Part shown: piece after piece, positions 37,663 through 47,079 of the stretch
How positions within the stretch are numbered: position 1 is the first letter of the stretch
Layout: each line of letters begins with the position of its first letter
Source: an uncultured Gemmatimonadota bacterium
Lineage (GTDB): Bacteria > 4572-55
DNA: 64,000 nt
Assembly (NCBI GenBank): GCA_964404765.1
Contig: CAYOLL010000010.1
Coordinates: forward strand, 159-64,158
Direction of reading: 5' to 3'
Position numbers and translations under genes: made by a program
Notes under the pieces: generated by a model
What the model saw: the letters and a program-made list of their open reading frames with translations, nothing else
What the model was told of the DNA's origin: nothing
Databases searched by the model: none

Positions 37663-37732
37663 AAACCCGTTCATTCGAGGTGACTGTGTGCTCAGCCATA
37701 CAGGTCTGTTTTTTAATTCAGCATGTTTTTTC

Positions 37733-37761
37733 TTGACAGCGATACCGCATTTTTTTATTAT
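37733..37761 (+). promoter_or_regulatory. Near-consensus sigma70 promoter of module 2
   Basis: TTGACA (37733-37738), 17 bp, TATTAT (37756-37761). Confidence 0.7.
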
Positions 37762-37767
37762 TAAAAA

Positions 37768-37879
37768 ATGGTGCGCCCGGAAACCGATGTGGCGGCCCAA
37801 TTTCTAAATTTCTCTATTTGGCGACTCTTGCACAAGAGTTGCGCCAATTGAATAGATCGATTGGCGCAACTCTTTTTTT
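37768..37879 (+). promoter_or_regulatory. Candidate attenuator in the module-2 leader (terminator, competing antiterminator, 27-codon uORF)
   Basis: 15-bp perfect stem 37834-37848/37860-37874 plus T tract; alternative pairing 37818-37830 with 37833-37847; uORF 37768-37851. Confidence 0.6.
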
Positions 37880-37965
37880 ATTCCTATAAAAAGCCTTCGC
37901 TGGCAAAAATTTCATCGCTTATTCATGCTGCATTTTATCACCTCGATCCGGAAAGGAATCCAAAA

Positions 37966-39642
37966 ATGAAACGATTGTCCCTGTTACTCGCAATTCTGGC
38001 TTTACTCATCCCCGCTGCGCCGTCATTGGCAGTGGCGCCCCATGCCCAGCTTAACTTTCAGGGCGTGCTGCGCGACGATGATAATAAGGCGGTAACCAAC
38101 GGAACGTACAGTCTCACCTTTAAGCTGTACATTGACGCCATCGGAACGCCGACGACCCCGGCCTGGCAAGAAACTCAGTCCGCCGTGGTCGAAGACGGCG
38201 TGTTTAGCGTCAACCTGGGTTCGGTGACGCCTTTTACCGTCGGCTTTGATCAGCAGTATTGGGTCGGCATTACTCTGGCCGGCGAGAGCGAGATGACCCC
38301 GCGGATTAAACTGACCACCGCACCCTACGCCATGTCCTTAGTCGGCACGAGCAATCTGTTCCCGTCGGCAGGCAATGTGGGCGTCGGCACGGTTAGTCCG
38401 ACCTTTGATTTGTGTATTGGTGATACCGATACCGGTTTGGATCAGATCACCGACGGCATCCTGGCGGTCAAAACCAATGGCGTCGAAAGAATGCGGATTA
38501 ATGCGAGCGGCAATGTGGGCATCGGCACGACCGCCCCGACTGTGCCATTGGAAGTAGTCGGCAACGTCAAAGTGGACGGCACGACCTTTAATGTGGACGC
38601 AGCCAACAACCGCGTCGGTATCGGCACGGCCGCCCCGACGGTCGCATTCGATGTGGTGGGCTCGGCAAAATTTGACACCACGACGTTTTTTGTGGACGCG
38701 ACGAATAACCGGGTCGGCATCGGCACGACCGCCCCACTCGCGCCGCTGCATGTAGTAAAAAGCGGCTATGTAAGTGGAAACCAAAGCGGAAATATAGCAG
38801 GGGCGGGGAATATATACTTGGGGGCTAACGGCGGTATAGCGAGTATAAACGGACCTAGTGCGACTACCGGAGATAATACGACGATCGTCGGCAGCGCTAT
38901 TGCCGCTATTTTTGACGGTAACACAATCTGTAAGGATTTCATGTGGCTCGGAGATCAAGTTGTTTCGGCCTCAGACCGTCGCGCCAAGCATATTTTCAAT
39001 CAAAGCGATGGCCAGGCGGATTTAAAGACGCTGCGCCAACTGAAGATTACGAATTATGAGTGGATTGATCAAGCGCTGGATAACCATCGCCCCCAAAAGA
39101 AACTCATCGCCCAGGAGTTAGAAGAGGTCTATCCGCAGGCGGTGACCATCGCCCCCATACCGATGGCGATCCCCAACGTCTATCAACCGGCGGCGGCTTT
39201 TGCTTACGATGCGACCGCCCAAAAGCTGACCGTGACCACGAGCAAGCCCCACGACTTTAAGGCCGGCGATAAGATTGATCTCTACACCGACCGGACCGAT
39301 CTCAAGGACATTGCCGTCGAAGCCATTCTGTCCGACCGGCAGTTCACGGTCGCCTGCGCGCAGGAGCCGGCAAAACTCTTTGTCTATGGCAAATACGTAA
39401 CCGACTATCACGGCGTGGATTATGACGCCGTGGCCATGCTCAATGTCAGCGCCACGCAGGAATTGGCTAAGCAAGTGGAAACGCTGCAAACGGCCAATGC
39501 CGCCTTGCAAACAACCAACGCCGCGCTGCAAGCCCAACTCCGGACGGTGATCGGGCAAATGACCGCGCTGCAAGCCCAGGTCAATAAGCTATCGCCAGTC
39601 GAAGTGAAGACCACCAGCGCCGACAAGGCCGACGCCCGGTAA
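37966..39642 (+). CDS. Secreted tail-fibre-like protein 2 with S74/ICA autochaperone
   Basis: Start moved to AAGGA-N8-ATG at 37966 (MKRLSLL signal peptide); LNFQGVLRD N-domain; (N/R)VGIGT repeats; SDRRAK (Ser codon 38971); DYDAVAMLNVSATQEL; coiled-coil tail. Confidence 0.85.
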   Translation: MKRLSLLLAILALLIPAAPSLAVAPHAQLNFQGVLRDDDNKAVTNGTYSLTFKLYIDAIGTPTTPAWQETQSAVVEDGVFSVNLGSVTPFTVGFDQQYWVGITLAGESEMTPRIKLTTAPYAMSLVGTSNLFPSAGNVGVGTVSPTFDLCIGDTDTGLDQITDGILAVKTNGVERMRINASGNVGIGTTAPTVPLEVVGNVKVDGTTFNVDAANNRVGIGTAAPTVAFDVVGSAKFDTTTFFVDATNNRVGIGTTAPLAPLHVVKSGYVSGNQSGNIAGAGNIYLGANGGIASINGPSATTGDNTTIVGSAIAAIFDGNTICKDFMWLGDQVVSASDRRAKHIFNQSDGQADLKTLRQLKITNYEWIDQALDNHRPQKKLIAQELEEVYPQAVTIAPIPMAIPNVYQPAAAFAYDATAQKLTVTTSKPHDFKAGDKIDLYTDRTDLKDIAVEAILSDRQFTVACAQEPAKLFVYGKYVTDYHGVDYDAVAMLNVSATQELAKQVETLQTANAALQTTNAALQAQLRTVIGQMTALQAQVNKLSPVEVKTTSADKADAR

Positions 39643-39798
39643 GTCCGACTTGAATCGCGAAAAGCTTTACCGCAGAGTAACGCAAAGGTTGGCGCAGAGT
39701 TACGCCAAGGAAACTCAGCGAAACTCTGCGATAAACTTTGCGCGACTCTGCGGTAAAAAACAGCCTTTACAGCGCATATCTCACACCGAGGTGATCCA

Positions 39799-42700
39799 AT
39801 GACAAATAGCTACAATTTAGACAATGACGATCGAAATCGGGCCGCCAAAACGCCCCCTTTTCGGCTGTTGCTGTTAATTTTTTCGCTCCTCCTGCTCGTT
39901 TTGCCGGAATTGGGTCGGGTGGAGGCCGCCGGTATCTCGCAGGGTTTATTTACCTACGGCGCGACCATGCCCAAAACAAAGTCGCAAAGCACGGAAGGGC
40001 ATCGCATCATCGGCACCTTCGGGCAAACGCTGGACGGCGAGAGTCAGGCCGTCTCCCAGACGGTTGCCGGCGATAAACTGCACTCTATCTTTTTCGGCTT
40101 ATGGGGCTTTTACAAACTGCCGCCGCTGAGTCCCTTTGTGACCGCCAGCGACGGCGACCATGCCGATCGGATTGTCATCACCTGGAAGTTTGACGTCCTG
40201 AGTTCGCCGCCGACGCAGGGCTATAAAGTCTATCGCAATAACACGTTGCTGATCGGCTTGCCGGCCGGGGAAAATTTCTTTAACGATGTCAATGTCTATC
40301 CCGGCCAGGTCTATAACTACGGCGTTACCGGCATCAGCCTGACCGGCGAGGGCGGGGTAGGCAGCGATCCCGGCTTTGTCAACCCCAACGGCACGATCAC
40401 CGGCCATATCCAGACCAGTCAGCAGCGCCCGGTCATCGGGGCCGATGTGGGCATCACGCCCAACCTCGGCCAGGCCCTGGTCTTTGACGGGGCGGATGAC
40501 TATGCCGTATTGAGCAAAACGGTTGCGTTAAACGGTTCCTCGTTCACGGTCGAGTTCTGGGCCAAACGGGCCGCCGCCGGTACCGCCGATAATGTCATCG
40601 GTTTGGGCGATGTCGCCACTACCCGTCAAGCCTTGACGATCGGCTTTCAGAGCAATAATAAATTTGTGTTTAGCTTTTTGGGCGACTCGTTGGTGACGAC
40701 GGCGGCCTATACCGAGACCGATTGGCATCATTGGGCAGTCACCTACAATAAAACGACCAAAGCCCGCGCCATCTACCGCGACGGCCGGCCGGTGGCGACC
40801 AATACCGCCGGGAATCACTTTGCCGGTTCGGGCGATCTGTGGCTGGGCAAGGCCCGCGGCGGCGGCTACTTCGGCGGCAGCATTGACGATGTGCGCATCT
40901 GGAGCAAGACTCGCAGCGAGGCGGAACTCACCTTAGATATGAACCGCGCCAAGCAAGGCAACGAAGACAGCTTGACCGCCTATTGGAAGTTAGACGAAGG
41001 CAACAGCAGCTTCGTCTTTGACCTGACCGCCCATAATCACGACGGCAAGGTCTATGACGGCGGCAGCTTAAGCGCCGTCTGGAGCGCCGATATCGCCCCG
41101 GTGCGCAACACCGGCTTTACTAACACCGACGGCAACTACATCATCAACGGCATCTACTACGGCACGGGCACGACCTTTACCGTCACGCCCAAAATGGATG
41201 TGCCGGTTGACACGACGCTTTTTAGCCATGAATTTTCGCCCGGCTCCCGGATCGTCACGCTGAACACCAGCAATACCGCCACCGACGGCGTGGACTTTAC
41301 CGACATCTCGCTGATTCCGGTCAGTGGCTTTGTCCAATACGCCAATACGCTCTGCTTTCCCGATAGTGTGGAGATTCTGGTTAACGGCGAGTCGCAAATC
41401 CCCAAAGTCTATACCAACACACAGGGCGCATTCACCGTAGAGCTGAATCCGGGCGGCGATTATCGCCTGACGCCCGTCTATAAGGATCATTCGTTCGCGC
41501 CGGTTTTTCAGGATGTGCTGAGTTTGGTCTCGCCGCAGGCCGGGCTGGCCTTTGTTGATACCAAAGTGCGGACGCTGACCGTGCGGGTCTATGGCGGCCC
41601 GACATCGTGTATGTCCTCGATCCGCCCGACCTCCGGGACGATGAGCGTAACCTTTGCCAGCACGGACGGCTGCTATACCCGGACGGAAAACATCACCTCC
41701 GGCAACAATCTAACCCTGACGAATCTGCCGCCCTTGAATTACGCCCTGACCCTGAACCATCCGGCGGCATTATCGGTGGACGGCGTGACCGTTTCGCTCA
41801 AGGATACGACCGGTATCACCCGCGACCTCGTCTATCGTAAATCCATGACGGTGAATGTTACCGGCCTGCCGACGCCGGATCCCGCCTGCGCGGCCGGTTA
41901 TACCCTGCCATTGGACGGTGGCACGACCCTCAATAACCTGTCAATCTTGACCCAATTGAATTCATACAGCGCCAATGTTGATGTGTATGAGAGTTACACC
42001 GAATTTTCCGGCGGCGTCACCTGCGCCATCGATACCGGTTATGTGACCATTTATAATGCAATTGGCGACAGCGTTCAACCGGCGGTCCGACCGCTGAGAA
42101 AGGTGAATGCCAACACAAGCCGTCTGGTTACGCCTTACACCTTCAAAGCGGGTCGGCCCAACTTTACCTCCGGCGGGCAATATCCCTACGCCAAATCGTT
42201 GGAAGTAGGCGTGCGCGAGTTGCTCCCCAATCTCGACCCGGAGACGGCCGAGGATACGCCCTTTTTGGACGGGCGCGAAGGCTCCGGCATCACCCGCGCC
42301 TACGTGTTGGGTATCCGCAAGCGCGATGGCGGCTTTACCACGCTGCTGCAAAATCCGATCCTGCCGCTCTACATCCTGCGCGATCCGCCCGGCGACGCCA
42401 GCTTTGCCACGATGTCAAACGAGACCCAATTTTCAACCCGTTATAAAGTTTCTTTTTCTAACGGATTTGAAGCCGGGTTGGATTTGAATTTTGGCGGCGA
42501 CACCAAAGTGACAACCTGTGCCGGTATCGGCGTTGCGGTATGCACCATGACGTTGGATACCCAGTTCTCGCAGACGATTCACCTGATCGACCTTAAAGTT
42601 GAGCATACCACCTTGAAAGAAATGCAGATTACGTCCACTTTTTCCGAGAGCTTTTCCACGCTGGCGGAAGAATACCGGGTGGGCGAGGACATGGATTTGT

Positions 42701-45700
42701 ATGTGGGTCTGGGTTCGAATATTCGCATCGCTCAGGCCGATGAACTGAAGCTGTCGGGCTGCGCCTTGCAGATCGGCACAGCCATTGTCGCCGATTCGCT
42801 GGGTATCGAGTCCACATATCTCTATACCGATCATCACATCCGCAACGTTCTGCTGCCCGAACTGACGGCGCTGCTCGTCGCCTCTAGGGATTCGGTAAGG
42901 GCGGGCCAGACCCAATTTGCAGCAGATACACTACGCTATTTCAGATCTATCCGGAACTGGACAGCTATTGTGGATACCAATGCGGCGCTCAAAGCCATGG
43001 CGGTTGAAGATCCCAACCGGCTGACGCAATCGCTCTCCTTTGACAGTAACTTCGGCGGCTACACCATTACCAATACCCGGAATGAGACCCACTCCCAAAC
43101 GTACGAGCATATGCTTTACGATGAGAATGGCGTCGAATTTGATCTTCGTATCAAGCTTTTTGGGGTCGTCCTGCCGGGCCCGGGTCATATTAAAGCGCTG
43201 TATACTCATAGTGAAACGGTCAGCCAGAACCTGAGTACGGGAGCCCTCCCGGGCCCGTTTCCAAATGGAAACTCCGGCGGCTACGACTCCACCTGGACGC
43301 GCACCACCAGCGTCACCTTAGCCGATAACGACCCGGATGACTATTTTTGGATCCAGATTTACGATGACGGCGTCTATGGCAATGTCTATAAACTCGTCGG
43401 CGGGGCCACGACCTGTCCGTGGGAGCCGGGTACGCTGCCACGCCAGGGTACCCAGGTGGAGATGATCGGCTCCACCTCCGGCGGCTACAACGAGATCAAC
43501 ATCCCGCCCGATCAAGCGGCGATCTATAAGCTGATTTTAGTAAATACCAGTCAGACCTTTGAAGATTGGTATTACGATGTGTCAATTTCGCAGGATGTGA
43601 ACCCAGAGGGCGCGATCCAAAAGATTAACGGCTACGATCCGGCGGCGATTGTCTCCGTCTTAGTGCCGGGTCAATTTGGCAACAACACCCTGGAAATGAT
43701 GCTGACCGTCGAACGCGGCCCCATCGCCTACGATTATGAGGATTTAGAAGCGGGCTTAGAGTCCACTTGTGAGGTCGATATCGCGGAAATTCAGCTCGGT
43801 GAAACGGTGCAGTGCGGCCCCGGCGGCGGCCCCGATGAACCGTGCGCGCATTGGTTTCAATATTTGACCCAATACGATGTTCACTTCCTTAAGCCGTGCA
43901 GCGACGTGCGCATTACCGCGCCCAACGATAACATCACGATGACCGCCGCCAGCGATAGCCTGAAGCTGACCCTGGCCGGATATGACCGGAACAATACGGA
44001 TTTTAAAGAAATCCAATTGCAATACAGGCCCGCGCCGCCCGGCCCCAGCCGCGCTGCAATGGGCAATGGACAATGGGCCATGGGCAATTCGCAATTAAGC
44101 TCATCTCGTTCTCAGGTTGCACTTGGGAACGCAGATGCTAAAACGGAAATTGCTAATTCTCAATTGACTTCTCCGAATGAAGCTGCTGTTGAAGCGCGGC
44201 CTGCGTCGGCGAAACAACCCATGATGGGCGTCAGACGAGCCAATGACCGGATCGAGTGGATTCCAATTGCGCCGTACGAAGAGACATACGCGCAAGTGAT
44301 GCGCGAAAACGAGCCGCCTTCGACCCAAAGCGACTGGATTACCTTTGACACCATTAGCCGGAGCGACATCCCCGCGTCGCCGGGCTACCTGATTCATCCT
44401 TGGTACATCAAGGACCTGGCCGATGGCAAATATGAAGTGCGGGCGGTGGCCGCCTGCAACAATCTGGACAACCTGAAAGGCTATTCCCGGACGCTGCACT
44501 TTACGCAGGAGCGCAAACGTCCGGCGGTGATCGCCACCGAGCCGGGCGACCAGGTTTTGCAGTTGGGCGATGCCATCTCCGTTACCTTCGACGAGGCTCT
44601 GGATTGCAGCCGCATTATTGAGGCCAACAGCCTGTTTTTGAACAACATCGGCTTGTACAATACGGAGAATAGCAGCCTGGTGAATATTGCCATTTCTTGT
44701 TTGGATAATCAAATTTTTGCGCAGGTGGAAAATCCGGAGGCCGTCTACCCGTTCCTGGAAAATAAAACCGTGCGGCTCAAGCTGGCCCAGATCAAAGACC
44801 TGGCCGGAAACATTATGGACGCCAATCCGAGTTCTGCGCCGGTGGATACGGTTTACAACTTTGAGTTTTATGTGAATCGCAATCCGATTGCCTGGGAAGG
44901 CGGCGATGTCACTGCCGTCAAGTATGATGACGAAGTCGCCACCATCACTCGGAAATTGATCAACAACGGCGCGTCACCGATGGACTTTAGCTTTATGGAT
45001 TTGACCCCCAATCCGGGCCGCGACACCTTGCGTGTGCCGAGTTGGATGACGGTAACGCCCATGAGCGGGACGGTCAACCCGGGCACGGCCAAAATCATCT
45101 CCCTGACCTTTGACGCCGATTTGATCGGCGGTAATTATGCGCATGAACTCAGGGCCAGAACCACGATGGGCGACGAGCCGATGCTGGTTGATCTGCAAAA
45201 TCTGTGTCATCCGCCGGACTGGCCGCTGGCTCTGTACGAGTATGAGTTCAACATGACCATTGCCGGAAAAATCGTATCCACGGAGTATCCGGTCTCGGAA
45301 TTCCTGACCATTGCGGCCTTTGTGGGTTCGGAAGTTCGCGGCAAGGCGGTTATTGAATTTGACAGTGTGGTCAACGACACCTTGTTCTACATGGTCGTCG
45401 GCAGCGACTCCATTTCCGGCGAGCCGGTTACGCTGCGGGTCTGGGACGGCCTGGTGTGCGTCGAAGTCGGCAGTTCGATTGGCGCGTTTACCTTTGCCGC
45501 CAATAGCGAGATCGGCAGCCCAAGCAATCCGCACGTCTTTGACATCACCGGTCAGTCGGCGGCGGAAGTCCGCTTTAACCCCGGCTGGAACTGGTTTTCG
45601 ATCAACATGGCGATGACCGACCTGGGCATCAACACCGTGCTGGAAGGTCTTTCGCCGGCCTCAGGCGACTTGATTAAGAGTCAAAGCCAATTTAGCCAAT

Positions 45701-46785
45701 ACGTGGCCGGGCTGGGTTGGGTCGGTTCTCTGAGCACGCTGAACAACAAGGCCATGTACATGCTCAAACTGACCGCAGCGGACAACATGAATATTTTCGG
45801 CACGCCGATCAAGCTGGCCCTGAACACCATTCCGATTCAACCTGGTTGGAATTGGATCAGCTACCAGCCCGTGCGGGCGCAGCCGATCAATGTGTCGTTA
45901 GCGTCCTTAACCACCGTTGCCAATGGTGATTTGATCAAAAATCAGTATGCTTTTGCCCAGTATGTAGCCGGTCTGGGCTGGGTGGGCAACCTGGATTATT
46001 TGGAACCGAGCATGGGCTACATGCTCAAAGCCGCCAACCCGGGAACATTGAGCTTTCCGTGGCCGCCTCCGCTGGCATTGATGGCGGCTGCGACGGTTTC
46101 GACCGCCGCTGAAATTGGCAATTCTCAATTGGCCATTGCCAATTGGCAATTCGATCCGGCCCAATTTGAGCACAACATGACCGTCACCGGGGAAATCTCG
46201 CAATCTTCAATCCCCAATCCGCAATGGGCGGTTGGCGCTTTTGTCGGCGACGAATGCCGCGGCACGGCCGAGCCGGTCTACATCGAATCACTGCAAAAAA
46301 CGCTTTTCTTTTTGCTGATTCATAGTAATCAGGCCTCCGGCGAGACGGTGGAATTTCGTCTGCTCGATCAAGGCGACGCAAGCGAATATGCTGCCGATCA
46401 AATTGTCAAGTTTGAAGCCAACGCTTCGCTTGGCGACATCGAATCGTCCTTCGTCTGGACGGCAAGGCCTTTGGATGCGGAAAGCAAGCCCGATGCTCTG
46501 CCGATGCACTTTGCGCTGGCCCAAAACCGGCCCAATCCTTTTGCCGCTTTTACGACCATTCAATACGCCCTGCCAAAGGATGCGAATGTAGAACTCTCTA
46601 TCTACAACGTGGCCGGCCAAAAGGTGCGGACGCTGGTGAATGAGCGGCAAGCGGCGGGTTATCGCAGCGTGAATTGGGACGGCAAGAATGATACGGGCGA
46701 GGCGGTCAACGCGGGCGTGTATTTTTATCGCCTGAAGACGGACGCGGGGTTTGAGGCGACGCGGAAGTTGTTGCTTGTTAAATAA
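39799..46785 (+). CDS. Giant secreted protein 2 (2328 aa), paralog of giant 1 with one LamG domain and FlgD-Ig/T9SS-type CTD
   Basis: Shared GFVNPNGT, RDPPGD, DND..D.FW...Y.DG..G..(F/Y)KLV.G...CPWE.GT, VNRNP.AW.GGDVT and CTD motifs. Confidence 0.85.
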   Translation: MTNSYNLDNDDRNRAAKTPPFRLLLLIFSLLLLVLPELGRVEAAGISQGLFTYGATMPKTKSQSTEGHRIIGTFGQTLDGESQAVSQTVAGDKLHSIFFGLWGFYKLPPLSPFVTASDGDHADRIVITWKFDVLSSPPTQGYKVYRNNTLLIGLPAGENFFNDVNVYPGQVYNYGVTGISLTGEGGVGSDPGFVNPNGTITGHIQTSQQRPVIGADVGITPNLGQALVFDGADDYAVLSKTVALNGSSFTVEFWAKRAAAGTADNVIGLGDVATTRQALTIGFQSNNKFVFSFLGDSLVTTAAYTETDWHHWAVTYNKTTKARAIYRDGRPVATNTAGNHFAGSGDLWLGKARGGGYFGGSIDDVRIWSKTRSEAELTLDMNRAKQGNEDSLTAYWKLDEGNSSFVFDLTAHNHDGKVYDGGSLSAVWSADIAPVRNTGFTNTDGNYIINGIYYGTGTTFTVTPKMDVPVDTTLFSHEFSPGSRIVTLNTSNTATDGVDFTDISLIPVSGFVQYANTLCFPDSVEILVNGESQIPKVYTNTQGAFTVELNPGGDYRLTPVYKDHSFAPVFQDVLSLVSPQAGLAFVDTKVRTLTVRVYGGPTSCMSSIRPTSGTMSVTFASTDGCYTRTENITSGNNLTLTNLPPLNYALTLNHPAALSVDGVTVSLKDTTGITRDLVYRKSMTVNVTGLPTPDPACAAGYTLPLDGGTTLNNLSILTQLNSYSANVDVYESYTEFSGGVTCAIDTGYVTIYNAIGDSVQPAVRPLRKVNANTSRLVTPYTFKAGRPNFTSGGQYPYAKSLEVGVRELLPNLDPETAEDTPFLDGREGSGITRAYVLGIRKRDGGFTTLLQNPILPLYILRDPPGDASFATMSNETQFSTRYKVSFSNGFEAGLDLNFGGDTKVTTCAGIGVAVCTMTLDTQFSQTIHLIDLKVEHTTLKEMQITSTFSESFSTLAEEYRVGEDMDLYVGLGSNIRIAQADELKLSGCALQIGTAIVADSLGIESTYLYTDHHIRNVLLPELTALLVASRDSVRAGQTQFAADTLRYFRSIRNWTAIVDTNAALKAMAVEDPNRLTQSLSFDSNFGGYTITNTRNETHSQTYEHMLYDENGVEFDLRIKLFGVVLPGPGHIKALYTHSETVSQNLSTGALPGPFPNGNSGGYDSTWTRTTSVTLADNDPDDYFWIQIYDDGVYGNVYKLVGGATTCPWEPGTLPRQGTQVEMIGSTSGGYNEINIPPDQAAIYKLILVNTSQTFEDWYYDVSISQDVNPEGAIQKINGYDPAAIVSVLVPGQFGNNTLEMMLTVERGPIAYDYEDLEAGLESTCEVDIAEIQLGETVQCGPGGGPDEPCAHWFQYLTQYDVHFLKPCSDVRITAPNDNITMTAASDSLKLTLAGYDRNNTDFKEIQLQYRPAPPGPSRAAMGNGQWAMGNSQLSSSRSQVALGNADAKTEIANSQLTSPNEAAVEARPASAKQPMMGVRRANDRIEWIPIAPYEETYAQVMRENEPPSTQSDWITFDTISRSDIPASPGYLIHPWYIKDLADGKYEVRAVAACNNLDNLKGYSRTLHFTQERKRPAVIATEPGDQVLQLGDAISVTFDEALDCSRIIEANSLFLNNIGLYNTENSSLVNIAISCLDNQIFAQVENPEAVYPFLENKTVRLKLAQIKDLAGNIMDANPSSAPVDTVYNFEFYVNRNPIAWEGGDVTAVKYDDEVATITRKLINNGASPMDFSFMDLTPNPGRDTLRVPSWMTVTPMSGTVNPGTAKIISLTFDADLIGGNYAHELRARTTMGDEPMLVDLQNLCHPPDWPLALYEYEFNMTIAGKIVSTEYPVSEFLTIAAFVGSEVRGKAVIEFDSVVNDTLFYMVVGSDSISGEPVTLRVWDGLVCVEVGSSIGAFTFAANSEIGSPSNPHVFDITGQSAAEVRFNPGWNWFSINMAMTDLGINTVLEGLSPASGDLIKSQSQFSQYVAGLGWVGSLSTLNNKAMYMLKLTAADNMNIFGTPIKLALNTIPIQPGWNWISYQPVRAQPINVSLASLTTVANGDLIKNQYAFAQYVAGLGWVGNLDYLEPSMGYMLKAANPGTLSFPWPPPLALMAAATVSTAAEIGNSQLAIANWQFDPAQFEHNMTVTGEISQSSIPNPQWAVGAFVGDECRGTAEPVYIESLQKTLFFLLIHSNQASGETVEFRLLDQGDASEYAADQIVKFEANASLGDIESSFVWTARPLDAESKPDALPMHFALAQNRPNPFAAFTTIQYALPKDANVELSIYNVAGQKVRTLVNERQAAGYRSVNWDGKNDTGEAVNAGVYFYRLKTDAGFEATRKLLLVK

Positions 46786-46810
46786 TCCATAATCCATGCT
46801 AAGATGATTA

Positions 46811-46853
46811 AATGGGCGGGAGACGCGATAGTGATCTTCCGCCCATTCTTTTT
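46811..46853 (+). terminator. Terminator-like hairpin just inside the island's left end
   Basis: AATGGGCGGGA...TTCCGCCCATT followed by CTTTTT. Confidence 0.6.
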
Positions 46854-47079
46854 CGACAAAATATGTGCCATGAAATTCATACTGACGAAGACGGAAATTC
46901 ATGGTGCACCTCCGGGGCATGGATTATTCAACTCTTTTTACAGAGGTTTTACGCTTCAAAATGCCGATAGTTTGAACCATCATTTCAAACAAAACAATTG
47001 GCAAACTGCTTTTAGTGCCATATCTTAACGATCGCTTTTAACTAATCCAAACATTAACCTCCCTTCAAAAAAGGTCACG

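Noticed and set aside
25497-39642. Prophage, suggested by tail-fibre-like S74 proteins
   Set aside because: The fibres have Sec signal peptides and there are no capsid, portal, terminase, sheath, integrase or lysis genes in the window.
36897-39642. Diversity-generating retroelement acting on fibre tips
   Set aside because: No reverse transcriptase, and differences between the similar shaft copies are not restricted to adenines.
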